64,000 bases of DNA from Calcarisporiella thermophila CBS 279.70 (taxonomy: Eukaryota > Fungi > Calcarisporiellomycota). Location: positions 615,905 to 679,904 of the forward strand of contig NW_027192204.1 in the NCBI RefSeq assembly GCF_041956535.1, given 5' to 3'. This document shows, in pieces, positions 12,846-26,736 of this stretch (positions are counted from its first letter, which is position 1; each line of letters opens with the position of its first letter). The position numbers were made by a program, and so were the translations under genes. The notes beneath the pieces were generated by a model, which saw only the letters and a list, made by a program, of their open reading frames with translations, made no database searches and was not told the origin of the DNA.

Positions 12846-13616
12846 ATGGCAGACGTAGAAGCTGGCGGAGCCACTGCACCCGACACCGCAGCCGCGGCCC
12901 CTCCTGCTACAGGGGCGGCCACCACGACCACCGCACCCGCAGCCGCAACCCCGGCCGCACGCACGACGGCCAGCGGTTTGGGCCTCTGCGCCTTCGCACT
13001 GAGCTTTTTCATCCTCAACCTGTGGATTAGTGGAGCGTTGTAAGCTATCCCTCCATTGCCGTCTTCCCCCCCCCTCTTGCCTCGCTAATTCATAATTTTT
13101 TTTCTCCCGCTTCTCTCGAATAGCGGAGGAGAGGCTGCAACGCATCTAGTCCTTGGCGTCATCATTTTCTACGGAGGCGTCACCCAGTTTGTGGCGGGCT
13201 TATTTGAATTCCGAGCGGGAGACGCATTCTTCGGGACGGCCTTCTGCTCCTACGCGGCCTTCTTCCTCTCCTTTGCCGGGCTCGCCATGGCCGGGCAAAA
13301 CATCCCTTCGGGTTCGGGCCGCTTCACAGGCTCCGCTTCGGGGACATTTTTCATTCTCTGGTGCTTCTTCTCGCTTATCCTGCTGCTCGCGTCGCTCCGG
13401 CATCACTTCACCCATCTCTTCTTCCAGTTTCTTGTGTTCGTTGCATTCCTCTTGCTGGCCATTGGTGCATTTGTGAACAGCAATGGCACGCTCATTGCGG
13501 GGGCGGTGATCGGGATGGTCTCGGCCGTGCTTGCATGGTGGCATGGAATGGCCAAGCTGATCACCAGGGACACTTCCTACTTCAACCTCCCGCTTTTCCA
13601 TCGGGGTGGCAAATAG
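12846..13616 (+). CDS. GPR1/FUN34/YaaH (Ato/SatP) acetate transporter family
   Basis: SGLGLCAFALS, then intron 13040-13123, then FYGGVTQFVAGLFEFRAGDAFFGTAFCSYAAFFLS; about 6 hydrophobic helices. Confidence 0.9.
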
Positions 13617-14015
13617 TTAATCAAAAGGGGCGTGTATTTCGCTATTACTAATGCTTTGCTACATAATTCTAGTGTAATTGAATGTATTTGTTTGTTGTCT
13701 CTTACCTCTTTATTGTCTAGTATTAGCCGTGCTTTCGTCATATAATAGTAAACCAGAAAAAAAAAGACAGTAATCGGGCTAGCCAAGAATAAATAGGTGT
13801 ATAATTTAATTTTGACTCGATAAACTTTCATTTGGACCCCAATTCCTCTCCCCACGGCCGAAATTCACTGAGCCGATCCCTCGCTCAGAGCAGGTCTTAA
13901 ATCTTTCTGAAAATAAATACTGCACCACTCGATAAAAATCAATGTGCAAAAGCATCGTCTTTTTCCCCCCTCTTTTTTTCTATCCATAATCCATCACTGA
14001 AGAGACATTAGCGAT

Positions 14016-14679
14016 ATGTCGGCACCGCAGCAGAGAACCGGTATTGCCGCCGGCTTGAACAAGGGCTACATCACCACTCGTCGTGAGCTCCCAGTGAGGC
14101 CTTCGCGCAAGAAGGGGGTGAGTAAATCGCTTCGAACTATAATGGATGGATGGATGGGAGAGGAGGAGAGAGAGATGGGAGATTGGTATGGGGGAGAGGG
14201 ATGTCGAATGGATGCAGTTGTAGCGAAGGGCAAGCTGGAAGGATGAATGGATGGATGGATATATGATTCTCAATGAAATGAAGATGGCGGAAGATGCAGG
14301 ATCATCATGATCAAAATGTCTGATCGGCGATTTCAATTTTTCTTATACTCCTGTCTTTCTTTTGCTAGGCCCTGACCAAGCGCGTTAGCTTTGTCCGCAA
14401 CATTGTCCGCGAGGTGTGTGGTTTCTCTCCTTATGAACGCCGTGTTCTGGAATTGTTGAAGAACTCCAAGGACAAGCGTGCTCGTAAGCTTGCCAAGAAG
14501 AGGGTAAGGATGCTTGCCACCCGATCATTTGCTATTCCGGTATTTCGAGGAATTCATGGCTTGTATGCTAACATTGTTGTCTGCTTCCCCCATCTGATTA
14601 GCTCGGATCGTTGGTTCGTGCCAAGAAGAAGATCGATGAGCTCTCCAACGTCATTGCCGAGAGCCGTCGTGCTCACTAA
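14016..14679 (+). CDS. RPL36: 60S ribosomal protein L36 (eL36)
   Basis: Exons 14016-14117, 14369-14503 and 14602-14679: [10 protein letters not shown]...RPSRKKG / [38 protein letters not shown] / [25 protein letters not shown]. Confidence 0.97.
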
Positions 14680-14950
14680 GCCATTTTACCCAAGAAAAAA
14701 TGCTACATTTTTTTTCTTTCGTCCTCGCTTACTCTCCTCTTCTTTGTGTAATAAACATTGCCATTGCTCTCATAGTATTCTCGGTCGATACCGCGTGTTG
14801 TGGCTTTGAAAATCTAACGTGGCAATTCATTTTTGGCCTTCAAAAAAAAATTCAGTTTCCTAAATTAACATAAGTGGTATCTGAGCTAGCTTTGAAGAGT
14901 TCCCAATCCTCTCTCCTCCCACCTCCTCCCCCTTGGCAACCGGAAAATCA

Positions 14951-17283
14951 ATGGCAAGAATGCGCATCATTGCGCTTCTCTTCACTATTTCATCTCTCAC
15001 CCATTTTGCCTCCCCATATGCAAAGCTTTGGTCTCTCAGCGAGGACCCACTAGGGTTTCCGGGATACAACATTGTGATCCTCAAAGATTCTATTTCAAAT
15101 AGCACCGCTCTCGAATGGATAAAAGCCTACACCTCCTCATCCTCATCTTCCGAGGATCCAGCCCATGTAACTGACGATTCGATGCGGTACGAGCCGGTAA
15201 TTATGCGTGATAACAAGGGCAATCAGTTCCTCTGTAGAATCCCGCGCCCCTCAAACGAGACTGAGCATGATAGCACCAGGAAGCTAGAAGAAATGCAAAA
15301 AGAGCAGAAGGATGCGGTCACACTTGAACGCGAGGGAAAGATGAGAGGTTTGGAGCTTTTGGAGCCCCTAAAGACCCAGTGCTTGCTTTATGTAAGATGG
15401 ATTGCAATGTCGATCCCAGAGACTGCGTATTTTCGCGCATACATTAACAATTCTCTGCTTTTTTTTATTTCATAGCTGGAAACATTCTATCATTATCAGT
15501 ATTGCCATGGCATTGTTATCCGCCAATATAACTCCAATATTCCTGAGAACAGATTAAAGCTAAATGAGGATAAGAAGACGCTCAACTACATACTTTCTAG
15601 GTTCACCCATCCCGTTCTCAATTCACACGTGAATCCCCTCACCAATGAGCAAATGTTACCACACACTGAGCTGGTGAACAGCGGAGAAGGATACTATTTA
15701 AAGCAACGGTGGAGCGATGGGACCATATGTGAGGAAACAGGCAAGCCCAGGAGTATCGAAGTTCAAGTAATTGCTTTGCTCCACTTGATCGTGGGCATAC
15801 CTCATATTCACCCTTTTTTTCTTTTCCTTTATTCGTAAAGTTCCATTGTCATCTTCACAGCGAAGACGATCACATCGTCCATTATAACGAGCGCAGCACT
15901 TGCAATTACGTGATGGTGATCAACACTCCAAGGCTTTGCTTTGACCCCATTTTCACCCCAAATAAGCACTCAACAGTATACCCGATTCCGTGCAATCCGA
16001 TCGTGGACGACTTCACTTTTGCAAAGCGAATGGTAGATGCAACGCGGGCCATTGACGCAACGGCGTCAGGGGATGTGACGGACGCGTCCAAGAAAGATGC
16101 AAGCAAACCTGAATCGGACTCAGAGCGTTCTCAAGCCTCAAAGGGGAGAGTGGACGATGAGGGAAAAAATGAGAGAAAGGAAGGAGCAAAAGAGGACAAG
16201 TCAGAGGCGGGCCAGATATTCGACGAGATACTACAGTCGATGCTCGCTGGAAGACGAAACACAGAAGGGGACGACATGTTAACGCAACTGGTTTTCTCGA
16301 AGATATTAGGCGGTGATGCGAATAGTGGGTTAGCGGATATGATAAGAAAGTTTGCAAAGCAGCTAGACCCAGAAGGGGAAAAGGCAGGCAAGAAGGCAGA
16401 GGGGAGTGAAGAAGAGGAAAAAAAACGCCAAAAAGAGGCAAAAAATGAAGAGAAGGAGATTACTCCGCTCACCAAGTTGATCTTGATGCTCGAGCGTGAG
16501 GAAGATTTGGGGACACTGATTGAAGACGGAGTATCCGAGATTTTGCAGGTGTATGCGAACAAGGCCGCAAAGCCAGAGCCTGCAAGTGATGGCATGTCGG
16601 AATCGGGGAAGGAGCCTGCTGGGTCGGATCAAAAAGAACGCATCGCTCCCAAAGAAAAGCAAGGAGGGGAAGAAGCGGCCGCGGAGGAGAAAGAGCTCCC
16701 TACGCCGCTAACGCAGCTTTTATTGTCCTTTGCTGGAGATGGTGGCGACAATGGTGAAGCGCGTAACCCGAACCTAGCTGAAATGGCAGGAATGCTGCGG
16801 GCTCTTGCACCCATGCTGCAAGGATCTCCACCTAGCACGGATACGGCAAAAGAAAAGAAGCGTGAGGATAACGAGAGGGCAGATCAGCACGACCAGAGTA
16901 AGAACCAGCATGCTCCAAAGAACGACAAAGCGACGGCAGAGGAAGAAACAGTCACCCCCCTTACGCAGTTAATTCTTTCACTTGCAGACCACACCAATGG
17001 GGAGGACACCACTACCCGTGGCAGCGAGGATATGGGGATTGATTTCCTTCGTCAACTGAGTCAAGATGCTATTATTATTGATTTGCGGTCCAAAGCAAAA
17101 GAGGAGGCGAATAAGAAAAACGGAGAGGCGAAGAAGGAGCCTGCACCGGTGGAGGGGGGAGAACGCCCGCACGATGAGCTTTTCAAGTTTTTAAAGCAGT
17201 TTTCCCAGCAAGCGGCCACGGAGGAGGAAGAGGCGAAGGAGAAGAAGAAATCCGACAACGAGCGAAGAAAAGACGAACTATAA
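14951..17283 (+). CDS. YOS9: Yos9/OS-9-like ER lectin (MRH domain) with long charged C-terminus and KDEL
   Basis: Signal peptide; GNQFLCRIP; LELLEPLKTQCL. Introns 15392-15475 and 15767-15840. YQYCHG..IRQY, DGTICEETGKPRSIEVQFHC, ERSTCNYVMVINTPRLC. Ends in KDEL. Confidence 0.85.
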
Positions 17284-17610
17284 TGCACTATGCATGAGCC
17301 GATCCTTATTTTCGTGGTTACCTTTTTTTTTTCTTTTCTTATCCTGTAACTTTTTAGTGTCGTTCTGCATTCTGGTCCTATCTCTTTTGAAGGGGAAGAG
17401 AACGGGGTGACTTTATTAAGAAGCCTGTGGTATTCGAGCAGCGTTGTTTATAAATCTGATCTTTCTTGTTATCTTCTAAAATAGATGTATATTAACTAAA
17501 AACGAAAAGCACTAAGCACTAAGAATACTAAATATAAAAAAAATCAAAAAATATTAAAGGGTCCAATATCCCTGCACAGCAAACCGTGCATTGAGTTAGA
17601 AAAGCAGTTG

Positions 17611-19483
17611 TTACGCCTCCGTCGTCTCCCCACTCTGCTTGGTTTCAGCCTCGCCCCCTCTCTCCTTTTGCACGATGTCTAGTGCTTGTTTAAAGCCTGC
17701 CAGCAGTTCTTCGGTGCTCTCTAGCCCAACCGACACTCGAACAAGATGTGCTGGTACTCCAAACTGCAATGCCCAGTCAAGCTCGTAATAATGGGCGAGA
17801 AGCGTGTATGGGCATGCAAGAGTGAAGTTGGTGCCTAGCGATGGGCCTTTGTGCACTGGAAGGTTGTCGAAAAAGACAGTTGCCATCTCGGGCGACTTCA
17901 GCACCACCGAAAACAGGCCTCCATACCCACCCTCGGGTGACTTGCAGGCCTCATAGTGATGCGACGTGATGAATTTCGGATAATAGATTTGCTCGACCAG
18001 GGGATGGGCGCGGAGGAACTCACAGAGCGCCTCCGCGTTATCGTCGATCTTCTTCGCGCGCTGGACGAAGTTGCGCGAGTTGCGCTCCAAGAAAATCGAG
18101 TCCTCGTGCCAAATGGCGTCCTCATATTCTTTGGCTAAGACGCCCTGGAGCACTTCATATTTGGGCGAGCTCGGGTTCAGAACGAAGCTGCCCCCCATCA
18201 CGTTGCTATCTCCGCTGAAAAGCTTTGTGAGACTCGACACCACAATGTCGGCGAAAGGCAACACCCGGACATTCACAAAGTTGCCAATGGTCTCGTCCAC
18301 GACAATGCAGAAGTCGTACTTGTCCGCGAGAGCTCGCAGTCGTGGCAGATCGGGCGACTTGAGGAGCGGATTGCTTGGAAACTCGCAAAATAGGGCAGAT
18401 ATGCGCTCACCTTCCTCCAGCAACTTTTCCAGTGCATCGATGTCGGCATCATCCCCACCTCCGAAAAAGTGGCAGCCCGGCCCGAATTTTTGAAGTACCT
18501 TGAGCGTGTCGGTATAAGGGAAACCAAAGCACACGCTCTTACGCGGCGTGCCGGCCTCAAGGATGTAGCGGTGGGCGTGGAATATCGCATTCATGCCGCA
18601 TGGGAACAGGTACACGTCATTTTCAGTGAGAGTAATACCGCGATCAGTGTTCTCTTCGGTAGTGCTGTTTTCATCCACGATTCCCGCGATGCGCCGCCGC
18701 AGTGCCAACTTCGCCTTCTCCGCAAATCCGAAATGAAGATTTCTACCATAGCGCTCCTCCACATAAGTGGTTTGATCTCGCCCGAGTTCATTCTGCAGCT
18801 CCTCCAAGGATTTTTCTTCCGCTGATGGGGAAACTGGCGTGGAAGATTTTTGCCTGTATCGATTTTTGAACCTTCCTCCCTTCCTTGCCTCCTCATCAAC
18901 TGTGCTTCCAGCAAGGCTCTCACGTTCTATAATTTGCAAGCAATACTCAGCCAGCCTCGAGGAAATTCCGTCGCCCGTGTGTTGCCAATAGGACTTGGCA
19001 GTGCTGAAGACATCCCTCGGGAAGAGCACCATATGCAAGGCTACCTTGGGTATTTCATCGTCAGGCTGAGGACGGAACGTCCATTCAGCAAGTCGAGGAG
19101 CCGTGGCGGGAGCACCATACTGCTTAATAAATTCACGGCATCGCTCCGCAGCCTTGCGAGAGGGAAAGAGCATCGCGGCCTCATTTGGGCGAGCAAATTT
19201 TTGTTCGCATCGAGAAGCAAGCTAAAATAAGGATGAGGATAAGATTTTACAGGGAAGAGGGACAAAAAAATGAAGCCACTACCTTTTGGATATCTTTATG
19301 AATGAAAAATCTCGGATACCCAGTTTGCATTGCGTTAAGAACCCGGGATTTGCCCTCTTCATAATCGACATTATCTTGCCATTTGGGAAGAGTCACGGAT
19401 ACGGCGTGCGGTGTGTACGCAGGAATAGGTGTGCCTAGTTCAGATGTTGGTTCCATCGTTAAGGATATCGGAGGAGGAGGCAT
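17611..19483 (-). CDS. STR2: Cystathionine gamma-synthase (Str2-type, PLP-dependent)
   Basis: PHAVSVTLPKW, GYPRFFIH, intron 19222-19282, FCEFPSNPLL, SLTKLFSG (PLP Lys), KGPSLGTNFTLACPYTLLAHY. Confidence 0.93.
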
Positions 19484-20007
19484 AGCTTGGGCGAAATCCC
19501 CAGAATAATGAGGGATGAGGAGGTAAAATTTGGGGTCGAAATGGGGGTTGATTATAATTTAGATCTTTTGAGATATCAGTAAACTGATAGAGGCGCAGCT
19601 CTTCACGAAATTGGAAATTCCTGTAACCAACCATATATAATGGAGATTTGCGCGAAGTTAACGCGTAATATATTTAATTTCACGGGAACATAGAAGTAGG
19701 GGATGAGGCGTTAAAACGCGTAGTTTAAAGCCGAATTTAAAGTTCTTCTAGCTTTCTTTCCTTCGATTTTTCTTTGCTCTACGCGATTTCTCTTGAAAAA
19801 TCACGGAAACAAACACTGATTATTTGAACCCATCTCATATCGTAGTCCTGGAATTCCAACCCCTCTCCTCGATTGACAAACCTAAACTGCCGGCATTGAT
19901 TTGGATTAACTAACAACTACTTTTTTTTTATTGACGTATTGAAAGTGATTGATTACTAAGTGTATTCTTTTTCTTAGAAATTCCTCTAGAGTTCGAAAGC
20001 GAGCAAT

Positions 20008-23000
20008 ATGGGGAGTCGATACATGAGTCAGCCTTTAGACCGCACACGATTCTTGGGAACACCGCCGCCCTCGGCTGCGGCGCAAACACACGACACCTAT
20101 GTGGATATGGGTGAGTATTCGCAGGAGCCGATGCGCCCGCTCCCAGAACCTCCTTTGCCCCCACACTCCGCTGGAAGCATCCGAGACAGCGAAGATCTCC
20201 CGCCATACTCACGCTCCGAGCCTATTCCTCCAACCCACCGGATCTCGAGAAATCTGCCCATGCCCCCTCCCCACGGAGAGAGTCGCGTCTCGTCCTCGGC
20301 CCCCTCACACGTGCTATCTCCCCTCCCACCTGCTCATCACATCTCGATGAGTGCACCTTCACAAGCTCCACATCCTCTTCCCTGGACGACCGAGGAAATG
20401 GCCCTTGAGGCCAATAATGATCCAGTTCCCCCTCCTCATTTCAGCATGCCTGGCTCCTTCCCCTCTACTGTTGAGTTAGATCAACAATTGCTCGAGCGTT
20501 TGGAGGCAGGTCCTGTACCAAGCAGCTATGTCCCACCCCCTCTTCACTATGATGAGATGATTGCTATCGACCCATACGAAGTCCAGGAAAAGGAGCATTC
20601 CCCTTCACCTCCACCGCATGGCGCGATCAACCCAGCTCTTTCGCCGAACCACCTGGAACCAGGATCGGACGAAACTGTTCTTCAGATAGCCGAGCACTGG
20701 TCTGCGATCCAGCGAAGACGTTCCAAACGTCGCGTGCAGCTGGTGCGTGGCAATTTGGTGCTCGATTGCCCGGTGCCCACAAAGTTACTGCAGGCAGTTT
20801 CTCGAAGGGATCACGAAGAATTTACTCATGTGCGTTATACTGCTGCGACGTGTGACCCGAACGACTTTGCACGGAGTAACTACACTCTCCGTCAACGACT
20901 GTACAACAGGGAGACCGAGCTATTTATTGTCGTGACGATGTATAATGTATGTTTACGCATGTTCTTTTTGTATTTGCTGTGTCCGTCGCTAACGCTTTAT
21001 GTAGGAAGATGAGATTCTTTTCTGCCGCACTATGCATGGGGTGATGAAGAATATCGCACATCTTTGCTCACGTAAACGCTCGAAGACATGGGGTCCTGAG
21101 GGATGGAGGAAAGTTGTAGTGTGTATTGTTGCGGATGGGCGTAAAAAATGCGATCCCCGTGTGCTCTCCGTGCTTGCCTCCATGGGGGTGTACCAAGAGG
21201 GGATTGCGAAGAACATTGTGAACGGCAAAGAGGTTGCCGCTCACATCTACGAGGTAATTATGAGAGCGAAGATTTTTAATTGAACAATATAGGGAATTTC
21301 TGTGCTCCCTCACATATTCTTCATTTTAACCCATGATCTTGTGAAAAGTATACCACGCAGCTCTCGATTGATCCAGATCTTAAGTTCAAGGGCACGGACA
21401 AGGGAATTGTGCCCGTGCAAACCCTCTTCTGCCTTAAGGAGAAAAATCAGAAGAAGATAAATTCTCATCGCTGGTTTTTTAACGCATTCGGGCCCATTCT
21501 CCAGCCTAAGGTATGTGTGCTCTTGGATGTCGGCACAAGACCGGGCAACACCTCCATCTATCACCTGTGGAAGGCGTTTGATCTCAATCCCAAGATTGGT
21601 GGAGCATGTGGAGAGATATGCACCATGAAAGGCACGGCGGGCGTCAATCTGCTCAATCCGCTCGTGGCAGCCCAGAATTTTGAATACAAAATGTCCAATA
21701 TCCTCGATAAACCGCTCGAATCCGCATTTGGATATATTTCTGTGCTCCCAGGTGCATTTTCAGCGTACCGCTATATTGCATTGCAGAATGACTCATCGGG
21801 TAGGGGACCTCTAGCTCAATACTTTAAAGGCGAAAAACACGATTCCGGCGCGGGGATCTTCACAGCTAATATGTATCTTGCCGAGGATCGGATTCTTTGC
21901 TTCGAGCTGGTTGCAAAGAAGCACTCTTCCTGGCTACTGCAATATGTCAAGTCTGCCTTCGGCGAGACGGACGTACCCGACGCGGTACCTGAGTTTATAT
22001 CGCAGCGCCGGCGCTGGCTCAACGGATCATTTTTTGCCGCAGTGTACGCGCTCTATTATTGGGGTGGTATTTGGTCGACACAGCATAGCTTCTTTCGCAA
22101 GATGCTCTTGCAAGTCGAGTTCGTGTACAATTTTGTCAGCCTTATTTTTAGCTGGTTTGGACTCGGCAACTTCTACATCACGTTCTATTATCTCGGCCTT
22201 TCGATTGCTAGCCCGGCCACCGATCCTTTCGGTAATGGCTGGGGTCCGCGCGTGTTCGAAGGACTTCGGTATCTCTACCTGTTTTTGGTAGTTGTGCAAT
22301 TTGTGTGCGCGCTTGGGAATAGGCCTCAGGGGTAAACTATAAAATCTGCTCACTGTGACTTAATGGGAATCTGGCTTATCGGTGTTATTCTCTTTCAGAT
22401 CGAAGGCCCTATTCACTTTCTCCATGATCATATTCGGCGTGATCATGATGTTCATGCTTGGTACTGCATTCTGGCTTGCGGTGGTTGCGCTTCGCCAATC
22501 TGCACAAGAGGGCGCGCTAGTGAGTCTGAGCGTAGCATTGCAGAATAAGGAATTCCGTGACGTGATAGTTTCGATGGCTTCAACATATGGAGTTTACTTC
22601 TTGGCGAGCATTCTCTATTTGTCTCCATGGCATATGGTCACCTCGTTTATTCAGTACATGATTCTCCTTCCCTCCTACATTAATATTCTCAACATCTATG
22701 CCTTCTGTAACACACATGATGTTAGGTGATTGACAGACTTGATTACGTCACTCGCGAAAATACAGTTCACTCATAACTTGTACCTTGTTTATAGCTGGGG
22801 AACCAAGGGTGATAACAAGGTGAGCGTTGATTTGGGAGTGGCCGTTGCCGCGAAGCAGGATGAAGTGGAAATAGAGCTCCCGACTGAACAGAAGGACATC
22901 AATGCAATGTATGACGAAGCTTTGGCCGATCTGAAGCAGAAGCGAGTTGATCAACACCAGGTAAAGTTGCTTATCAATAACCACTAGATTAGTCTGAAGT

Positions 23001-23282
23001 CAAATTGCTGATGTTCTTGTGGAATAGAGCCGAGATGCAAAGACTAAGATGGAGGATTACTACAAGAGTTTTCGCACGCATCTCGTTCTCGCGTGGATCG
23101 CATGCAACGCAATTTTAGTCGCCGTAATAACCAGTCAAGGCTTCGACCCCTTGTTCACAGGTGGTCAAACTCTTGGCAATAAATACATGTCATTTTTGCT
23201 CTGGTGTGTTGCAGGACTTGCGGCTTTCCGTTTCTTGGGCTCGATAGCATACTTAATACAGTTTGGGCTATTTATGAAATAG
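20008..23282 (+). CDS. CHS: Chitin synthase (division 1, class I/II-like)
   Basis: [46 protein letters not shown]. Introns 20947-21004, 21254-21348, 22332-22398, 22726-22794 and 22961-23027 all keep frame. Confidence 0.97.
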
Positions 23283-23502
23283 ATATAAATTTTCATCTTT
23301 TATATAGGATTTTTTTTATATTTTGCATCAAAATTTTTTATTTTTCTTTTTTTTTTCTGGTTAAATCTATTTTATTTCCAACAGTAAAGGAGTGAATTGA
23401 TCAAAACCTTGGAGGTAACACTACTCTGAACAACAAAGCTTATATAGTATAGAGGATAATATTACATCAGTGGGAATAGTAAATTCCCACACACGATTTT
23501 AT

Positions 23503-24179
23503 TTAATTCCATCCCATCAACACCCCTGCTAGGATTACTCCCACGCTCCACATACTAACGCCTGCTACACTCATGGCGTCAGACTTTTTTGCAGTTGCAG
23601 TGACTGTTGGCATCGGGGATTGGGCGACAGATGAGGGTGAACTAGAGGCTAGGGCAGCTTGTAAGGGAGGTGATGCTGGTGGTTCGGGGGCAGCTGCAGG
23701 TTGTGGTGCCCCCGCCCCGCTAGCACTCTTGATGGAAAAGGGGGTTGAATAGGAAATATCGGGCGCAGATCCCATCACTATAGCATATTGATTTCCATCC
23801 GGAAGGTTACTAGGAACGTCCCACATGTACTGGCCAGAGGAGCCTTCTGCAGTCGCAGTAATAACGCCGACTTGCTGGAGTGCATGAGGGTCACCGAACA
23901 TTAGCTACGTTTTATGTTTATCAAATTAAAAGGGGCGTTGGATCCTGTTAAAGAGTAACAAAGTACCTTAATCGTGGTTGGGCCTTGTGATCCATTTTGC
24001 CTTTAAAACGTGAAGATTGCATTAACTTATCACAAGAAGAAACGCTTCAAGCCAACGCGGTATTACCATGAAATCAATGCTTTCTCTCCTGCCTTGAAGA
24101 TGGTTCCAGTAATAGGCGAGGTAATGTACGGAGCAGCACTCGCTCCAGCCGCAAACAATAGGAGTGCCAACGTTTTCAT
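23503..24179 (-). CDS. Ser/Thr-rich GPI-anchored surface protein (Kre9/Knh1-like N-terminal Ig fold)
   Basis: MKTLALLLFAAGASA signal; YITSPITGTIFKAGEKALISW; two short introns; SGQYMWDVPSNLPDGNQYAI...YSTPFSI; S/P/A linker; hydrophobic C-terminal GPI signal. Confidence 0.85.
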
Positions 24180-24564
24180 ACAAGGCATAGTGAAGGAAAA
24201 AAAGTATGATCAATGAGGGATTTGGAACCGCCAGTATAATTATATATGTTTTAGTGTCAGCCAAAAATTGCCAGCCAAAAAATGTAGTTGACTCAAAAAT
24301 TCCGCTGGTTATATAGGGAATTCTATAATAAGGAAGTGAGGTACGTGTCTTGAAAATCCTTACAGGGCCTTAAAATATTTTTCAAATTTTTCAGCGGCCT
24401 TGCGTTAGAATTTGCCACCGAGTGGCGTAGCACAGCTTCTGGTTGATTTGGACTCCGAATTGGATTTTCCCATCCGGGGCATGAGATATTCGATACGAAA
24501 ATCTTTTCTCACCCCTTACGATATTCGATTTTAGGTGTACTCTATATAACCCCTCCTGAAAACC

Positions 24565-26339
24565 ATGCAGTGCTTTTCCTTTAAAACCTTGATTAAAAGG
24601 AAGAGAAAGATGGCATCCAACAGCGATCCTCCACCACCTTACCCGAACGACTGCGTAATACCAAAGAAATTTTTCGGAAATTTTGACGAGATGGCTAATT
24701 TGACTACCGATTGTCTTATCTAATAATCAACAGGCATTCCCGGCATCGTTTAATAATGAAAAGGCTAGCGATATCGAAAATTTGGTGAATAAAGAGCTGA
24801 AACGCGTGTCTGCGGAATTGCGCGAGATTAGTCTTAAAGTAATCATTGCAAAATTGCGGGTAGAAAATGATAGCTACATTTCCAACTCTTTATATAGATA
24901 CACGATAACCCAGAGATCTCTTGGAAAGAATATCAAGCTCATGACCTTTTGACGTCTTATCTTGAGCAGCAAGGATTTACTGTAGAAAGGCAGGCTTACG
25001 TTCCGACCGGATTTAAGGCTACCTTCGCGAAAAGCCAAGGACCTACCGTTGCATTCTGTAGCGAATACGATGCTTTGCCAGGAATTGGTCACGGATGTGG
25101 TCACAATTTAATTGCGATTGCTGGTGTTGCTTGTGCACTTGGTTTGAAGAAGCTCTTAGAAGAGGGAGCTGTTAGAGGAAAAGTCATCTTATTCGGGACT
25201 CCTGCCGAAGGTTCTTCATATCTTGTAGAGAAAGCATAGATTTTATTTTGACTAACAGGTGTTTTTTTCAGAGGACACGGGAGGAAAACTGAACTTTCTT
25301 AAAGCGGGTGCTTTTCGGGATGTTGATTTCGCTATGATGATCCACCCAGGGTTCTTATCTCTCAGTTTTGTCATTTTTCCACTCTTGGGCTCAACTTTTG
25401 TTGTAAATAGGCCTATGGACAGTATATATTGCCCCACTATGGCCATTCAGATGCTGAAAGTCGAGTATTTTGGACGATCAGCTCATGCAGCTGGGGCTCC
25501 GTGGGAGGGTGTAAATGCACTGGATGCAGCGGTGCAGGCTTACAATTCGATAAGCATGTTGCGACAGCAGACGCTGCCACGTAATCGCATCCATGGGATT
25601 ATCATAAAAGGCGGAGATGCCCCCAACAGTAATTAATAGTAATTAAATGTCCCGTATGCATATTCGATGTTGATGTTTTCATTATATAGTCATTCCTGAA
25701 TACGCCTCGATGGAATTTGGTATACGTACTTACAAACGAGAAGAATTACACACTTTGTATGATCAGGTTGAGGCATGTTTTAAAGCGGCGGCAATTTCAA
25801 CTGGCTGTCGTGTCGAAATCCATAAATATGGGCAGTATTTAAGTAGCTAAGACTTTATTTTCATAGGTGTTTGTGTGTTTGTTACTTGAAAACTAAGCCA
25901 ACCAATTCCTTTTATCTGTTTAGATGTGGTGCAGAATTCCGTTCTAGCGGACCGGTTCGTTGAGCATATGCACCAGAATGGTGTTGACTATCCAACAAGG
26001 CAAGAAGAGGAGAATCACACTCCGATGGGAAGTACCGATTTTGGCGATGTCTCCTACAATGTGCCTGGACTTCATCCAATGTAAATTTCTTTAGATCATA
26101 CATGTTGAAAACGATATTTTACGACAAGGGTGTAATGTTAATATTTTAGGGTCGGCGTTGGTACAGATGCTCCACTTCATACTATTGATTTTGCAAAAGC
26201 GGCTGCCACAATGACGGCCCACCATTCTGCCCTTCGCTCAGCTAAGTGCTTAGTGTTGGCTGCAGCGGAAGTGATGCTTGACCCCGAATTGCTCCGTGCG
26301 GCAAAGCGAGAGTGGGAGGATGCAGTCAAGCTTGTTTAA
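24565..26339 (+). CDS. M20 family amidohydrolase (PM20D2/ACY1L2-like)
   Basis: SEYDALPGIGHGCGHNLI, GTPAEE, MMIHPG, GRSAHAAGAPWEGVNALDA, GSTDFGDVS; multiple short introns. Start is 24565 or 24610. Confidence 0.92.
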
Positions 26340-26736
26340 AAATTACACTTCTTTTCATTGGAGATGTAGTTAATTATTTAAGCTTTCAAAGTAATAAAAT
26401 GCTGCGCCTCTTTTATTCTTAAACATGAAACTTGGGTGTATGGCGGCTTTGAGTTTCGACACATGGGTTGATCGAAGTTAAATGCTTACATCTCTCTATT
26501 TTCATTAACTTCCTAACTATTCTTATCATCCTTCCGTTCTCTTTTTGACATTCCTTAATTGACATTACATTTAGAAATTTATTATAATCTCCTTTTTCGA
26601 CTCTGCTTCGAGTAAGTTTTACACGTTGTTCATGCCCGTTATTTTTTTTCTTTTTTATATCGAAATAACTGCATCAGTTGCTTACCGATATTCTTCTTAT
26701 TATGGTAGATTTCGGTCTCCTTAATATACACATATA

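Noticed and set aside
14255-14325. C/D-like boxes (ATGATT...CTGA) in RPL36 intron 1
   Set aside because: No rRNA-complementary guide could be identified, and ATGA motifs are frequent in this low-complexity intron.
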